64,000 nt of DNA. Source: an uncultured Candidatus Saccharibacteria bacterium. GTDB taxonomy: Bacteria; Patescibacteriota; Minisyncoccia; Phycocordibacterales; UBA12088. This document shows positions 29,836-41,837 of this stretch, one piece after another. The stretch's first letter is position 1, and the number at the start of each line of letters is the position of its first letter. A model generated the notes under the pieces. That model saw only the letters and a list, made by a program, of their open reading frames with translations. It did not search any database and was not told the origin of the DNA. Both the position numbers and the translations under genes were made by a program. The stretch covers positions 84,338 to 148,337 of the forward strand of contig CAZHFF010000001.1 of assembly GCA_964531785.1 (NCBI GenBank). Reading direction: 5' to 3'.

Positions 29836-30351
29836 ATGAAGAGCGTCCTGGTGGTCGGTCTGTTCTGCTTGGTGTGCCTGCTCGGTTTTGGTATCTGGTA
29901 CTACAGCGACCCGAGTCCGGAACCAGCAAGCGACGAGTCCAGTGTTCCTCCCGATGGGATCCCGGTGCCGATCTACTTTTACCAGCAAGCGACCGATGTC
30001 GATCAGAACGGTAACCTGCTGTGCTCCCGCAAGGGTGTCGTGTCCGTGCGACGCTACCTGCCACCGAGCCACACCTTGGCTGATCGTATCGAGCTCGTGC
30101 TTGGCGGCAAGCTTACGGCGAACGAGCGCGCGCAGGGCATCGCGACCGAGTATCCGCTCGCCGGCGTGCGGCTCGTGAGTGCGGTCATTGAGAACCGTAA
30201 GGCGATACTCACGTTCGAGGATGTGCTCGGCAAGACGAGAGGTGGAGCGTGTCGTTCGGCCATCCTTTGGTACCAGCTCGAGCAGACCGCGCTCTCGTTC
30301 GGAGAGGTGCGCGATGTCGAGTTCCGGCCTTCCAGTCTGTTCCAGCCCTAA
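29836..30351 (+). CDS. GerMN domain protein, signal-anchored.
   Basis: Start at MKSVLVVGLFCLVCLLGFGIWYY. CGTATACT then GGAGGT precede the ATG. GerMN-like pattern (IPVPIYFY...LVLGG.LTANERAQGIATEYP...ILTFEDV...VEFRP). Confidence 0.55.
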   Translation: MKSVLVVGLFCLVCLLGFGIWYYSDPSPEPASDESSVPPDGIPVPIYFYQQATDVDQNGNLLCSRKGVVSVRRYLPPSHTLADRIELVLGGKLTANERAQGIATEYPLAGVRLVSAVIENRKAILTFEDVLGKTRGGACRSAILWYQLEQTALSFGEVRDVEFRPSSLFQP

Positions 30352-30390
30352 GGGCTAGCGCCTTGTCTCACGCAGCCAGCCTACCTTGCC

Positions 30391-30915
30391 ATGCACCGCT
30401 CACGCCTACTTGCACAAGCCTCGACGTACCTTGATGAGGCGATATACGGCGCGAATGACGGGATCATCACCACGTTCGCGGTCGTTTCAGGTGCGACCGG
30501 CGCCTCCCTCGGGTTCGAGTCGATCATCATTCTTGGTTTTGCGAATCTAGTGGCTGATGGGTTCTCGATGGGGGTCTCGAGCTTTCTCTCGATACGTACG
30601 GAGGTTGACGTAAAACGTGCGCACGGCCAGCGCGTGTCCGGCGACCTTAAACGGGCGAGGAGCAGGTCGCTCGTCACCTTTGGCGGGTTCGTGTTCGCCG
30701 GGCTCTTACCGCTCTTGCCGTTCTTCTTTGTCGTCGGGCATGAGTTCCTCGTGTCCTGCATCGCGACCGCGACCGCGTTCTTTGTGGTTGGCGGTCTCAG
30801 AAGTCTCGTCACCAACAGGTCGTTCGTTGTATCAGGACTTGAGATGCTCGCGGTAGGCGGGGTCGCCGCCGCGCTAGCCTATACGGTGGGGGTACTGCTA
30901 CGCACGCTCGTGTAG
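30391..30915 (+). CDS. VIT1/CCC1 family (vacuolar iron transporter-like) membrane protein.
   Basis: LDEAIYGANDGIITTFAVVSGATGA motif typical of the VIT family, several TM helices, 174 aa. Confidence 0.7.
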   Translation: MHRSRLLAQASTYLDEAIYGANDGIITTFAVVSGATGASLGFESIIILGFANLVADGFSMGVSSFLSIRTEVDVKRAHGQRVSGDLKRARSRSLVTFGGFVFAGLLPLLPFFFVVGHEFLVSCIATATAFFVVGGLRSLVTNRSFVVSGLEMLAVGGVAAALAYTVGVLLRTLV

Positions 30916-31287
30916 CTCTTGGCACAGGAAAACCCCGCACAGGGCGGGGCGTTCGGTTGAGCGAAGAGCTCAGAGGAGCAATCGCTGGCAATAGCTCGTG
31001 AGCCAGGTCGGCAGGACCGGTTCGATGAGGTGAACCTCTTTGAGTGTGCGCAAGAGGTGTCGCAGCTCGTCCGTCGATACCGTGTTCTCCGTTTCGTACC
31101 AAGCCTGCATCACTACGTCGGACACGTTAACGCGGAGGCGTTCCGCCGTTAGGGTGAGCAGTCCCATGGTGCTCGTCATGTTCGGTTTCCGTGCTGGTTG
31201 CCTCTTGGAACCATACGACAGCTTCAAGTCCGGTGCAACCTGCACGGTTTCCGTCCCGGTGCTACGCTACAAGGTCCGTCGCAGCCG

Positions 31288-32337
31288 CTAGGCTCGTGCC
31301 CGCGCGGCGTACGCAGCTGCTATTCCGCTGATGAGGCTCGGTCCTGTATAGATCATGCCGGTGATCATATGTATGAGCTTGGCGCCCCGTTCGAACTTCT
31401 CTATCGCATCGTCGACCGAGAGCACGCCCCCGCACCCGATGAGCGTGAAGCGATCACCGTATGATTCGTGTGCGAGGGACAGGAGGCGGTTGCTGTCGTC
31501 CCGACAAGGCGCGCCGGACAGGCCTCCTGTGTAGGACGCCGGTTTCTGGTCGCGCGGGTCGATGTGGCGATAGTCTTTTTGGAGGTTACCGATGATCAGT
31601 CCTTGGACCCTGTGGCGAGCGGCGGTCGTGCAGAGCGCGTGGAACTGTGCCTCCGACACCGAGATCGGCATTTTCAGATAGACCGGCTGCTTCGTCTTCG
31701 TTCGTTCGAGTGCAGATAGGAGCAGATCCAAGTTCTCGGGTTGGAGGAACAGCTCTCCGGTGCAGGTGTTGGGGCACGAAATGTTCACCGTGAGCCAGTC
31801 ACCGACCCGGTGTTCGACCAGGTGCGCGAAGCTTGACCGAAAATCCTCAATACCCGCCTCGAGGGACGCAGAATCCGTATCGTTCGTTCGAGCGATCGAG
31901 ACACCGACCGCAAACCCAGGTACTCGCCGAGCCTGTTTCAGGCGTGCGGTGACCTGCTGTACGCCCTCGTTTCGCAGACCCTTGTTGACCACGAGGCTTT
32001 TCGTGTACGGGAGACGGATCTGGTTCGGGGGAGGGTTGCCTGCGCACGGGCGCGCGGTCACCGAACCCACCTCCTCACCACCGAAGCCGATCGCGGGGAG
32101 TGTGTCCGTGAGGAGCCCGTTCGGGTCGAAGCCGGCAGAAAGCACGACCGGCGTATGGTACCGCACCCCATCGATCAGCACCTCAGCATCGTGCTTACGA
32201 TAACCGTAGATGGCGCTGAGTGCCGACCTGCCGGGCGGTAGCGTGCCTGCTATCTTGCCAAGCGGCAGGATGCTCTTGTGGACCAGTTCCGGGTCGATAC
32301 GGAAGAGCAACGGCCGAATGACGTTCTTGTAGAGCAT
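31288..32337 (-). CDS. pyrD: Dihydroorotate dehydrogenase (quinone), class 2.
   Basis: IGFGGEEVGSVTARPCAGNPPPNQIRLP and NKGLRNEG motifs, TIM-barrel FMN region, 349 aa. Confidence 0.8.
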   Translation of the reverse strand: MLYKNVIRPLLFRIDPELVHKSILPLGKIAGTLPPGRSALSAIYGYRKHDAEVLIDGVRYHTPVVLSAGFDPNGLLTDTLPAIGFGGEEVGSVTARPCAGNPPPNQIRLPYTKSLVVNKGLRNEGVQQVTARLKQARRVPGFAVGVSIARTNDTDSASLEAGIEDFRSSFAHLVEHRVGDWLTVNISCPNTCTGELFLQPENLDLLLSALERTKTKQPVYLKMPISVSEAQFHALCTTAARHRVQGLIIGNLQKDYRHIDPRDQKPASYTGGLSGAPCRDDSNRLLSLAHESYGDRFTLIGCGGVLSVDDAIEKFERGAKLIHMITGMIYTGPSLISGIAAAYAARARA

Positions 32338-32375
32338 GGTCGGAGGAAGGGTACCCGTAGTATACTATGGTAACC

Positions 32376-33539
32376 ATGTGGAGACTATGGAGCCTGTTTG
32401 GTGCGTTTGTGCTAGTCGGGTTCGCACTGCTCGGGCCGTCGATCGGGCTCGCAGGCAACACGGACCAGAAAGCCGAGCCCGAGCTTCACTTCTTCTACAG
32501 CGAGACCTGCCCACACTGTATCAAGCAGCAGTCGTTCCTTGATACTATCGAGGAGAAATACCCGGAGCTCACCGTGCATCGGTATCCCGTGAGCGATCCT
32601 GCTCATCACCCGCTCATGCAGCGCCTGCTCGAGGAGCACGGTGCGTTGCGCAACTTTGGTATGGTGCCGCTCACGTTCGTTGGCGAGTCCTTTTTTCCGG
32701 GTTTCGGCGGCGTCGAAACGACCGGTAAAGAGATCGAACGCGCGATCACGGTGCTGCTCGGCCATGCTCCCGAACCAGCCGGAACGTCGGCCCCACGCAC
32801 CTTTACGGTGCCGCTCGTGGGCACGATCGACCCGACCGGGTATCCGTTGTACGCGCTCGCGCTCCTCTTGGGGTTTCTTGACGGGTTCAATGTCTGCTCT
32901 TTGGGTGCACTTGTGATGATCATTGGCCTCACCCTGAAGCTTCAAAGGAGGCGCGCGATCATCCTGTTTGGCGGCACGTTCGTCGTCATTACGGCCCTCA
33001 CGTACGGTGCGCTCATCGTACTCTGGTATCAGCTCTTCGCGACGCTTGGCACGTACCTGGGTACCATGAAGGTCGCTATAATGCTGCTGTCGCTTGGAGG
33101 CGGGCTCTATTTCCTCAGGGAGTTCCTGAGGATGCAGAAAACAGGGGCCGTGTGCACCATGGCCGAGCTCCCGCTCCTCACGCGGCTCTCCGACCGCACC
33201 ATGCGTGCGTTCACTGACAAGACCGCGCTCCTAGGGCTGCTCGGCCTGGTCGTCGCGTTCGCCGCGGTCGTGGCGATGGTAGAGTTCCCATGCTCCGCAG
33301 CGGTGCCGGTCGCGTTCGCGGCGCTCCTTGCCGATGCAGGCCTTACAGGCCTTGGCTACCTGTCCCACATCGCGCTCTTCGTGTTCGCGTATATGCTTGA
33401 TGAACTCGTGATCTTCGGTATTGCGGCGTGGCGACTCAAGCTTTGGCTTTCGAGCGGGGCGTTCACCAAGTGGGCGGTGCTTGCAGAAGCGTTCATACTG
33501 CTTGGTATAGGGGTCTGGTACCTTCTAGCACTGCTATAA
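32376..33539 (+). CDS. Thioredoxin-like (CPHC) domain fused to a CcdA/DsbD-like polytopic membrane domain; putative thiol-disulfide transfer protein.
   Basis: FFYSETCPHCIKQQSFL thioredoxin-fold CxxC motif. Membrane domain with Cys in TM helices (GFNVCSLGALVMIIGL, EFPCSAAVPVAF). GTAGTATACT abuts the start. Confidence 0.55.
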   Translation: MWRLWSLFGAFVLVGFALLGPSIGLAGNTDQKAEPELHFFYSETCPHCIKQQSFLDTIEEKYPELTVHRYPVSDPAHHPLMQRLLEEHGALRNFGMVPLTFVGESFFPGFGGVETTGKEIERAITVLLGHAPEPAGTSAPRTFTVPLVGTIDPTGYPLYALALLLGFLDGFNVCSLGALVMIIGLTLKLQRRRAIILFGGTFVVITALTYGALIVLWYQLFATLGTYLGTMKVAIMLLSLGGGLYFLREFLRMQKTGAVCTMAELPLLTRLSDRTMRAFTDKTALLGLLGLVVAFAAVVAMVEFPCSAAVPVAFAALLADAGLTGLGYLSHIALFVFAYMLDELVIFGIAAWRLKLWLSSGAFTKWAVLAEAFILLGIGVWYLLALL

Positions 33540-33584
33540 AAAAGAGTGCAGTACTCAAGGAGAGTACCGCACAGGTCCGTTCAG

Positions 33585-34076
33585 TTACGGACGGTGAAAC
33601 ACAAGGTGCCCGTCCGGCTCTAGGACGGCACCGAATTTTCTATTGAAGCGCTGACTTGCGACATTCGCTGGATTGACCCAGGTCCTGACGTACTCGATCT
33701 TTGGATCGCGAAAGAGATGATCGAGCACGGCCCGCTTCACACTGCTGCCGATGCCGCGACCTGCGAGCTCATCGGGTCCAATGAGGGTTTCGCCCCAACG
33801 TACGTCTTTCGACCCGAACCAAACGGAAACAGAGCCGATCGGTGTGTTATCACGCCCGCGAAGCATCCACTGCCATGTTCGCTCCGGCCACGGGGAGAGT
33901 ATCAATGATGAGCCTTGGATGCTATCTAGTGGCACCTGAAGGGGTCCACCCATGAAGCGCGCCACACGCTCTTTACTGCGCCACGCATACCAGAGCGGCA
34001 GGTCCTCGTACTCGAAGGGAACGAGCACAAGGTCGCGCATCATCTGCAACACAGGTGTTTTTGGTGCAAGGATCAT
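33585..34076 (-). CDS. GNAT family N-acetyltransferase.
   Basis: 163 aa with a GNAT fold pattern (IGSVSVWF....GIGSSVKRAVLDHLFRDPKIEYVRTWVNPANVASQRFNRKFG). Confidence 0.7.
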   Translation of the reverse strand: MILAPKTPVLQMMRDLVLVPFEYEDLPLWYAWRSKERVARFMGGPLQVPLDSIQGSSLILSPWPERTWQWMLRGRDNTPIGSVSVWFGSKDVRWGETLIGPDELAGRGIGSSVKRAVLDHLFRDPKIEYVRTWVNPANVASQRFNRKFGAVLEPDGHLVFHRP

Positions 34077-34330
34077 TGTATTCCTCCCAGTACCATGAAT
34101 TGAAAGGGGCTTAACGCCACGACCACGCCCGACGTGATGAACGACCGAAGCGGAAAAAGGCTTGCGGTCCAGTCACGCTGCATAACAGGTCGGATTATGC
34201 CAACGAATGAGGCAAGAGTAATGAGCATCCATGCCTCGAGGCATTCGTTCGCTGCGTCCTCGGCAAGGCGTAGCCAGAGCGGTATGAATCCTATCGTGAT
34301 CGCCAGATTAATTATGAGCACCGAAAACAC
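34073..34330 (-). CDS. Small hydrophobic membrane protein, or the frameshifted continuation of the upstream gene.
   Basis: Only the C-terminal ~85 aa of the listed ORF 34073..34564 look protein-like (VFSVLIINLAITIGFIPLW...). A GTG at 34330 overlaps the upstream gene's stop. Alternatively, a +1 shift at a TTTT run would join it to 34312..34677. Confidence 0.3.
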   Translation of the reverse strand: MFSVLIINLAITIGFIPLWLRLAEDAANECLEAWMLITLASFVGIIRPVMQRDWTASLFPLRSFITSGVVVALSPFQFMVLGGIQ

Positions 34331-34677
34331 CGATGCTTTCGCTTGGTTACGATGAAGAGTGTGAATCCGAACGTTGACAGCGCAAGTACGAAGCCGTCGA
34401 GTAGTCGTAGCGTACCGTATGACTCCGTAATGATACAAGTCACGATGATGAAGACGGCACCACCAAGCCCGGTTACAAGATATGCGTTCGTTCGCAAATC
34501 GCGCTGTCCCTCCCACCACAGAATGGCAAGGTTCATGGCCGAGCTTGCGGTAAGGACGAGCCATGTCGTCAGTGCGGTATTAACCGCGCCTGTAGCCACG
34601 CCGGCAAGATAGAAGCCGAGCGAAGCTAACGTGAGTACCGCCGTAAGGTATGGCGCGATTCGATTGAACTGCCGCAT
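34312..34677 (-). CDS. Hypothetical integral membrane protein.
   Basis: Four predicted TM helices (MRQFNRIAPYLTAVLTLASLGFYLAGVATGAV...). Adjacent to and overlapping the next minus-strand ORF. Confidence 0.4.
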   Translation of the reverse strand: MRQFNRIAPYLTAVLTLASLGFYLAGVATGAVNTALTTWLVLTASSAMNLAILWWEGQRDLRTNAYLVTGLGGAVFIIVTCIITESYGTLRLLDGFVLALSTFGFTLFIVTKRKHRCFRCS

Positions 34678-34800
34678 GGCAGCCTCCTTCCTAATGCAAG
34701 GTCCAAGAAATAAAAAAGCACGAATATGTGCCTACTGTTTGCAATTATAACACAATACAGGTTGTTGAGCAAATTTCACGTATCTCCTTTCCGGTATCTC

Positions 34801-34870
34801 GTTGTGCACTTTTTACTTTTGAGCTGTACTTTTGCCTTTTGATCTTTGCATTTTAACCTGCTCTTGCATC
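34801..34870. repeat. AT-rich element (copy E, reverse orientation) overlapping the 3' end of the SET-domain gene.
   Basis: GTGCACTTTTTACTTTTGAGCTGTACTTTTGCCTTTTGATCTTTGCATTTTAACCTG is the reverse complement of a sequence closely related to copy A (GATCAAAAGGCAAAAGTACAGCTCAAAAGTAAAAAGTGCAC). Confidence 0.5.
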
Positions 34871-35310
34871 AAAGCTTTATCCCTACACCCTTTACACTTA
34901 CACCCATACGGCTTGATGAACTCATCGACATACTCTTTGCCGTAATCGTAGGTCAGCTCTTCGCCTGGCTGTATCACGCGTCGCGCTTTGATGAACACCC
35001 GCTTGCTGGCAAGCACAGATTCGCAGTTAGCCCGTGCGCATTGGTGGTTGATGTAGCGTGCGAGGTTCGTTCGGGCGCTTCCGTCTATCGTCCAGCGTGC
35101 ATTCACTTCGAACAGGTACTTGGTCTTCCAGCCAAGGATCGCCTCGTTCCGGTACAAGGTACCCGTGTACTCGAGGTACTGGCCGGGTTCGATGCGTGAG
35201 GTCGCGAACAGTCCCAGACCGGCGCTCGACCGACCGATGCGAACGTGGGTACGGGGTATGGTGCGCGTGCGTCGTACGTCCATATGGCGCTCTATCGTAG
35301 CACGGACCAC
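34813..35310 (-). CDS. SET domain protein (putative protein-lysine methyltransferase).
   Basis: RYINHQCARANCE (NHxC motif), ELTYDYG, post-SET CKCKGCRDK. The last ~15 codons lie inside an AT-rich repeat element. Confidence 0.75.
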   Translation of the reverse strand: MVRATIERHMDVRRTRTIPRTHVRIGRSSAGLGLFATSRIEPGQYLEYTGTLYRNEAILGWKTKYLFEVNARWTIDGSARTNLARYINHQCARANCESVLASKRVFIKARRVIQPGEELTYDYGKEYVDEFIKPYGCKCKGCRDKALMQEQVKMQRSKGKSTAQK

Positions 35311-35413
35311 CTCATATGCTCAAACCGGCGGCGGGAGGAGGTGCGCCGATTCAGTGCTCCGTGAATGCACAGCAGCAACTCGCGTCAGCATGTGCACGCG
35401 GTATACTGGATAC

Positions 35414-36724
35414 ATGGATGAGCTTCCGGCCCGCACGATACAGAACTTCGACGAACTAGCCACGACTCCAGCCCGCGCGAGCCTCCTAACGATCGCCGAG
35501 GCAGGGTATGAAGCGATACGTACACCTCATGTCATTGCCCGGGCGGTCACGCGCGATGGCACGCTCCTTACCGTGCAAGGGCGGTCGTACGATCTCGCGA
35601 GCTACGAGCACCTCTTTGTCATCTGTTTTGGCAAGTGCGCACAGGATGCGGCACACGAGCTTGAGGCGATCCTTGGCGACCGGATCGATGATGGTGTCGT
35701 GCTCGATGTGCGGGAGGGAGCGCCGCTTTCGCACCTGCGCGCCTATGCCGGCACCCACCCCTACCCATCGCCCGAGAACGTGCAGTACACCCGCGTGATC
35801 CTCGACCTGGCACAACAGGCAGGACCGCATGACCTGGTGCTTGTTGTGGTGTCAGGTGGTGGCTCAGCGCTTCTCTGTCAGCCGGAGAGCCATTCTGTTC
35901 ATGATGAGCTCGAGCTCGTGCGACACCTGTTCAAGAAAGGTGCCTCGATCCACGAATTGAACACGGTACGGAAGCATATCTCCCGCGCACGGGGCGGGGG
36001 GCTTGCCGCAGCGGTCTACCCGGCAGAGCTCGTAACCCTCATCTTTTCCGATGTGCCGGGGGATGATCTTGCAACGATCGCCTCGGGTCCCACGGTCCTT
36101 GATACGACGTCGCTCGACGACGCGCTCGAGCTGTTCCGGCGCTATGATGTCGCGGCGACCGGTTTTTCTGAACAGCACCTCTTCGAGACCCCGAAAGAGC
36201 CGGAGTATTTTGCCTCGGTCCGCAACGAACTGGTGCTCACCAATACGACCGCGCTCGACGCAATGCGGGACACGGCGGAACGTCTGGGGTATTCGGCGGA
36301 GGTTCGCGAGCGAACACTGCAGGGCGAGGCACGCGAAGTTGCTGAACGGATCGCTTCGGAGCTTCATGGTGCGCCGGCACGCACGGTCTGGCTCTATGGA
36401 GGAGAAACCACGGTGACCATCACCGGACCGGGCAAGGGCGGCAGGAACCAGGAGTTCGCACTCAGCGCGCTCCGGAGCGGCAAAGACGACGAGCTCTATC
36501 TCTCACTTGCGTCGGATGGTAGGGACAATACGGACCATGCAGGGGCTATAGCAGATCAGGTTACCCGCATGCAAGCGAACGAGCAGCGACTTGACCCGAC
36601 GCAGTACCTCTATACGAACGACTCGTTCGCTTTTTTCCACACCTTACATCAGGGGGTGTGTACGGGGTATACTGGAGCCAACGTTGCCGACCTTATCATT
36701 GTGATGAAGCACGACATCGATTAG
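35414..36724 (+). CDS. Glycerate kinase, MOFRL family (DUF4147 + MOFRL).
   Basis: Start moved to MDELPARTIQNF, with CGGTATACT 6 nt upstream. VVSGGGSALL and RGGGLAAAVYPAELVTLIFSDVPGDDLATIASGPT are characteristic of the GckA/TtuD family. Confidence 0.7.
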   Translation: MDELPARTIQNFDELATTPARASLLTIAEAGYEAIRTPHVIARAVTRDGTLLTVQGRSYDLASYEHLFVICFGKCAQDAAHELEAILGDRIDDGVVLDVREGAPLSHLRAYAGTHPYPSPENVQYTRVILDLAQQAGPHDLVLVVVSGGGSALLCQPESHSVHDELELVRHLFKKGASIHELNTVRKHISRARGGGLAAAVYPAELVTLIFSDVPGDDLATIASGPTVLDTTSLDDALELFRRYDVAATGFSEQHLFETPKEPEYFASVRNELVLTNTTALDAMRDTAERLGYSAEVRERTLQGEAREVAERIASELHGAPARTVWLYGGETTVTITGPGKGGRNQEFALSALRSGKDDELYLSLASDGRDNTDHAGAIADQVTRMQANEQRLDPTQYLYTNDSFAFFHTLHQGVCTGYTGANVADLIIVMKHDID

Positions 36725-36788
36725 CAGGAGTTTAACGGGCAATGCCTCGTGCACTGCTTACGACCCTCGGGTCTGCACTTTATACAAT

Positions 36789-39209
<2,421 letters not shown>

Positions 39210-39271
39210 AACATGTGGTGATACAACAGAACCGCCGCTTGGGTGCGGCGGTTCGTGGTACACTGGTCCCT

Positions 39272-40276
39272 ATGACGAGCGTGGGTTTCTACAGCACAGA
39301 AGGGTGGGAACGGGAACGCCTGGAGCGGGAGCTCGGCGCTGCCGCCTCGTTCACGTTCTACGAGCAGCCGCTCGGTGGGGTGAACGACGGAGCGCGTCAT
39401 GAGATCGTGGTCGTGCGGCCCGACAGTATCCTCGATGTCGAGCTCCTGAACGGGCTTCCCGACCTTCGATACATCGTCACACGATCCACGGGTTTCGATC
39501 ATATCGACCTTGCGACCGCTGCAACACGAGGTATACGTGTTCTCTACGTCCCTTCCTATGGGAGCGCGACCGTGGCTGAACATGCGTTCGCGCTCCTATT
39601 GTGTCTCTCGAAGCGAGTATTTGACGGGTATGAACAGGTGCGCGAACGTTCTGATTTCGACCCACGCCGACTGCGCGGCTTTGATCTCGCCGGGAGGACG
39701 ATCGGCATGATCGGGACGGGCAGCATCGGTCGACATGCGGTAGGTATCGCCCAGGGCTTCAGGATGAGCGTCGTGGCGCACGATGTGCGACCCGACGAAG
39801 CGTTCGCGGCAGAGCGTGGTATACGCTACCTCCCCCTGGAAGAACTCCTTTCCGTGAGCGACGTGGTCATGCTCCACGTCCCCGCGAATCCGCAGACGAG
39901 ACATTTGCTCAACCGCGGCAATCTACCGCTCATGAAACAAGGCTCGGTCCTCATTAACACCTCACGAGGTTCGGTCGTTGAGACCGAGGCTATTGTAAAG
40001 GCCCTTGCAGAGGGCCGGCTTCGTGGTGCCGGACTCGATGTGTTCGAGGAAGAAGCGGTCGTCCGTGATGAGCTGCACCTCTTGGCACGAGGCGACATCA
40101 AGGAAGAAGAGTACCGGCTGCTCGTCGCGAACCACGTGCTCGTCGATCATCCCGGCGTCATCGTGACGCCTCATAGCGCCTACAATACCGACGAAGCGCT
40201 TGCGCGCATCATGGACACGACCGTGCAGAATGTGCAGAGCATTCTTAGCGGAGCGCCTATCAATGTGGTAGGCTGA
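39272..40276 (+). CDS. D-isomer-specific 2-hydroxyacid dehydrogenase (NAD-binding; D-lactate or phosphoglycerate dehydrogenase family).
   Basis: Start moved to MTSVGFYS, with TGGTACACT 7 nt upstream. GMIGTGSIGRHAV Rossmann motif, catalytic His region VTPHSAYNT. Confidence 0.8.
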   Translation: MTSVGFYSTEGWERERLERELGAAASFTFYEQPLGGVNDGARHEIVVVRPDSILDVELLNGLPDLRYIVTRSTGFDHIDLATAATRGIRVLYVPSYGSATVAEHAFALLLCLSKRVFDGYEQVRERSDFDPRRLRGFDLAGRTIGMIGTGSIGRHAVGIAQGFRMSVVAHDVRPDEAFAAERGIRYLPLEELLSVSDVVMLHVPANPQTRHLLNRGNLPLMKQGSVLINTSRGSVVETEAIVKALAEGRLRGAGLDVFEEEAVVRDELHLLARGDIKEEEYRLLVANHVLVDHPGVIVTPHSAYNTDEALARIMDTTVQNVQSILSGAPINVVG

Positions 40277-40332
40277 TACCTCCGGCCAAGGTTACATACC
40301 GGTCGCCGGTTACTAACGTTATTCGTATACCT

Positions 40333-41622
40333 ATGGCACGTATCACAGAGCTGCGCGCGCGGCAAATACTAGATTCGCGAGGTAATCCGACCGTTGAAGC
40401 GGATGTTCTCCTTGACGATGGTACGATGGGCAGAGCGGCCATACCGTCGGGCGCATCGACCGGGTCGCTCGAGGCACATGAGCTCCGTGATGGTGATCCG
40501 AAAATGTTCGGGGGCAAGTCGGTCCGAGCGGTCGTTGCGAATATCGAGGGTGAGATCGCGGACGCGCTGCTCGGCGAAGATGCCGGCGAACAGTCTCGCA
40601 TCGATGCCCGCCTAGTCGAGCTTGACGGCACTGCGAACAAAGAGCGACTCGGCGCGAACGCGCTGCTCGCGGTCTCGCTCGCCATTGCGAAGGCGGAAGC
40701 GTTGTCTCGCGGGCAATTCCTCTTCGAGCACATCACCTCGCTCTCGCGCGTACGCCGCGCGCCCGTCCTCCCGGTCCCCCTTGCTAACCTCATCAATGGC
40801 GGTAAGCACGCCGCAGGTTCGACCGACTTCCAGGAGTTCATGGTGATGCCGATCGGAGCGCCCACGTTCTCAGAAGCGCTTCGGATGACGGGCGAGATCT
40901 TCCACGCGCTCCGATCGTTGCTTAATGAGGAAGGCTACGCGACCACCGTCGGTGACGAAGGCGGTTTTGCGCCAGCCGTGAAGGGTGGCAATCGAGAAGC
41001 ACTGGAACTCCTCATGCGTGCGGTCGCGAACGCGGGCTACACACCGGGGCGTGATACCATGTTCGCAATAGACGCTGCAGCCACCGAGTTCTATGATGGG
41101 GAGCAGTATACCCTTGCAAGCGAGGACCGCTCGCTCTCGCGGGACGAAATGGTGGACCTGTACGCTTCACTTTCGGGGGAGTTCCCGCTCGCGTCTATTG
41201 AGGACGGCCTTATGGAGAGCGATTGGGTAGGCTGGCACGAGCTGTACGAGCGACTCGGCGACCATGTTCAGTTGGTCGGTGACGACCTCTTGGTCACGAA
41301 CGTAGCACTGCTCACCCGGGCGATCGAGGACAAGAGTGCCAATGCCATCCTTGTCAAACCGAACCAGATCGGTACGCTCACCGAAACGATCGACGCGGTC
41401 GATACCGCTCACGAGGCGGGTTTTCGCGCCGTTATATCGCACCGCTCGGGTGAGACCGAAGATTCCACGATCTCACATCTTGCGGTCGGACTCGGCACAG
41501 GCCAGATCAAGTGCGGCAGCGTGTCGCGTGGCGAACGTACGGCGAAGTACAACGAGCTGCTGCGGATCGAAGAGCTCCTCGGAGAGCAGGCCCACTACGC
41601 CGGAGTGAACGCGCTCGCGTAG
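40333..41622 (+). CDS. eno: Enolase (phosphopyruvate hydratase).
   Basis: MARITELRARQILDSRGNPTVEADV N-terminus, SHRSGETEDSTISHLAVG, 429 aa. Confidence 0.95.
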   Translation: MARITELRARQILDSRGNPTVEADVLLDDGTMGRAAIPSGASTGSLEAHELRDGDPKMFGGKSVRAVVANIEGEIADALLGEDAGEQSRIDARLVELDGTANKERLGANALLAVSLAIAKAEALSRGQFLFEHITSLSRVRRAPVLPVPLANLINGGKHAAGSTDFQEFMVMPIGAPTFSEALRMTGEIFHALRSLLNEEGYATTVGDEGGFAPAVKGGNREALELLMRAVANAGYTPGRDTMFAIDAAATEFYDGEQYTLASEDRSLSRDEMVDLYASLSGEFPLASIEDGLMESDWVGWHELYERLGDHVQLVGDDLLVTNVALLTRAIEDKSANAILVKPNQIGTLTETIDAVDTAHEAGFRAVISHRSGETEDSTISHLAVGLGTGQIKCGSVSRGERTAKYNELLRIEELLGEQAHYAGVNALA

Positions 41623-41837
41623 TGAAGTGCACGGCCGCATACACCGTTCGGATGTTTGCCTGAACGGTGCTTTGTCACGCCCATGAACCGATTCGCCTGT
41701 ATTTGCGAAGCTTATTCGACCGCATGTTTTGCACTTAGGCAAACCTGTTTTGGGATAGGTAATGCACAGTACGAACGATAGGGGCTGGGGTACAATGACA
41801 AGCACCGACTCCCATTACATCATAACCATAGAACGAT

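Noticed and set aside
30970-31245. 91-aa minus-strand ORF between the VIT gene and pyrD
   Set aside because: It has no motifs, a weak start context, and lies in a region with a bidirectional terminator hairpin. It was not reported as a feature, though a small protein cannot be excluded.
41623-41837. Possible NrdR box or B12 riboswitch upstream of nrdJ
   Set aside because: No recognisable NrdR-box pairs or B12-box consensus could be seen by eye. Only a terminator-like hairpin after eno and a GGGTACAAT promoter-like box.
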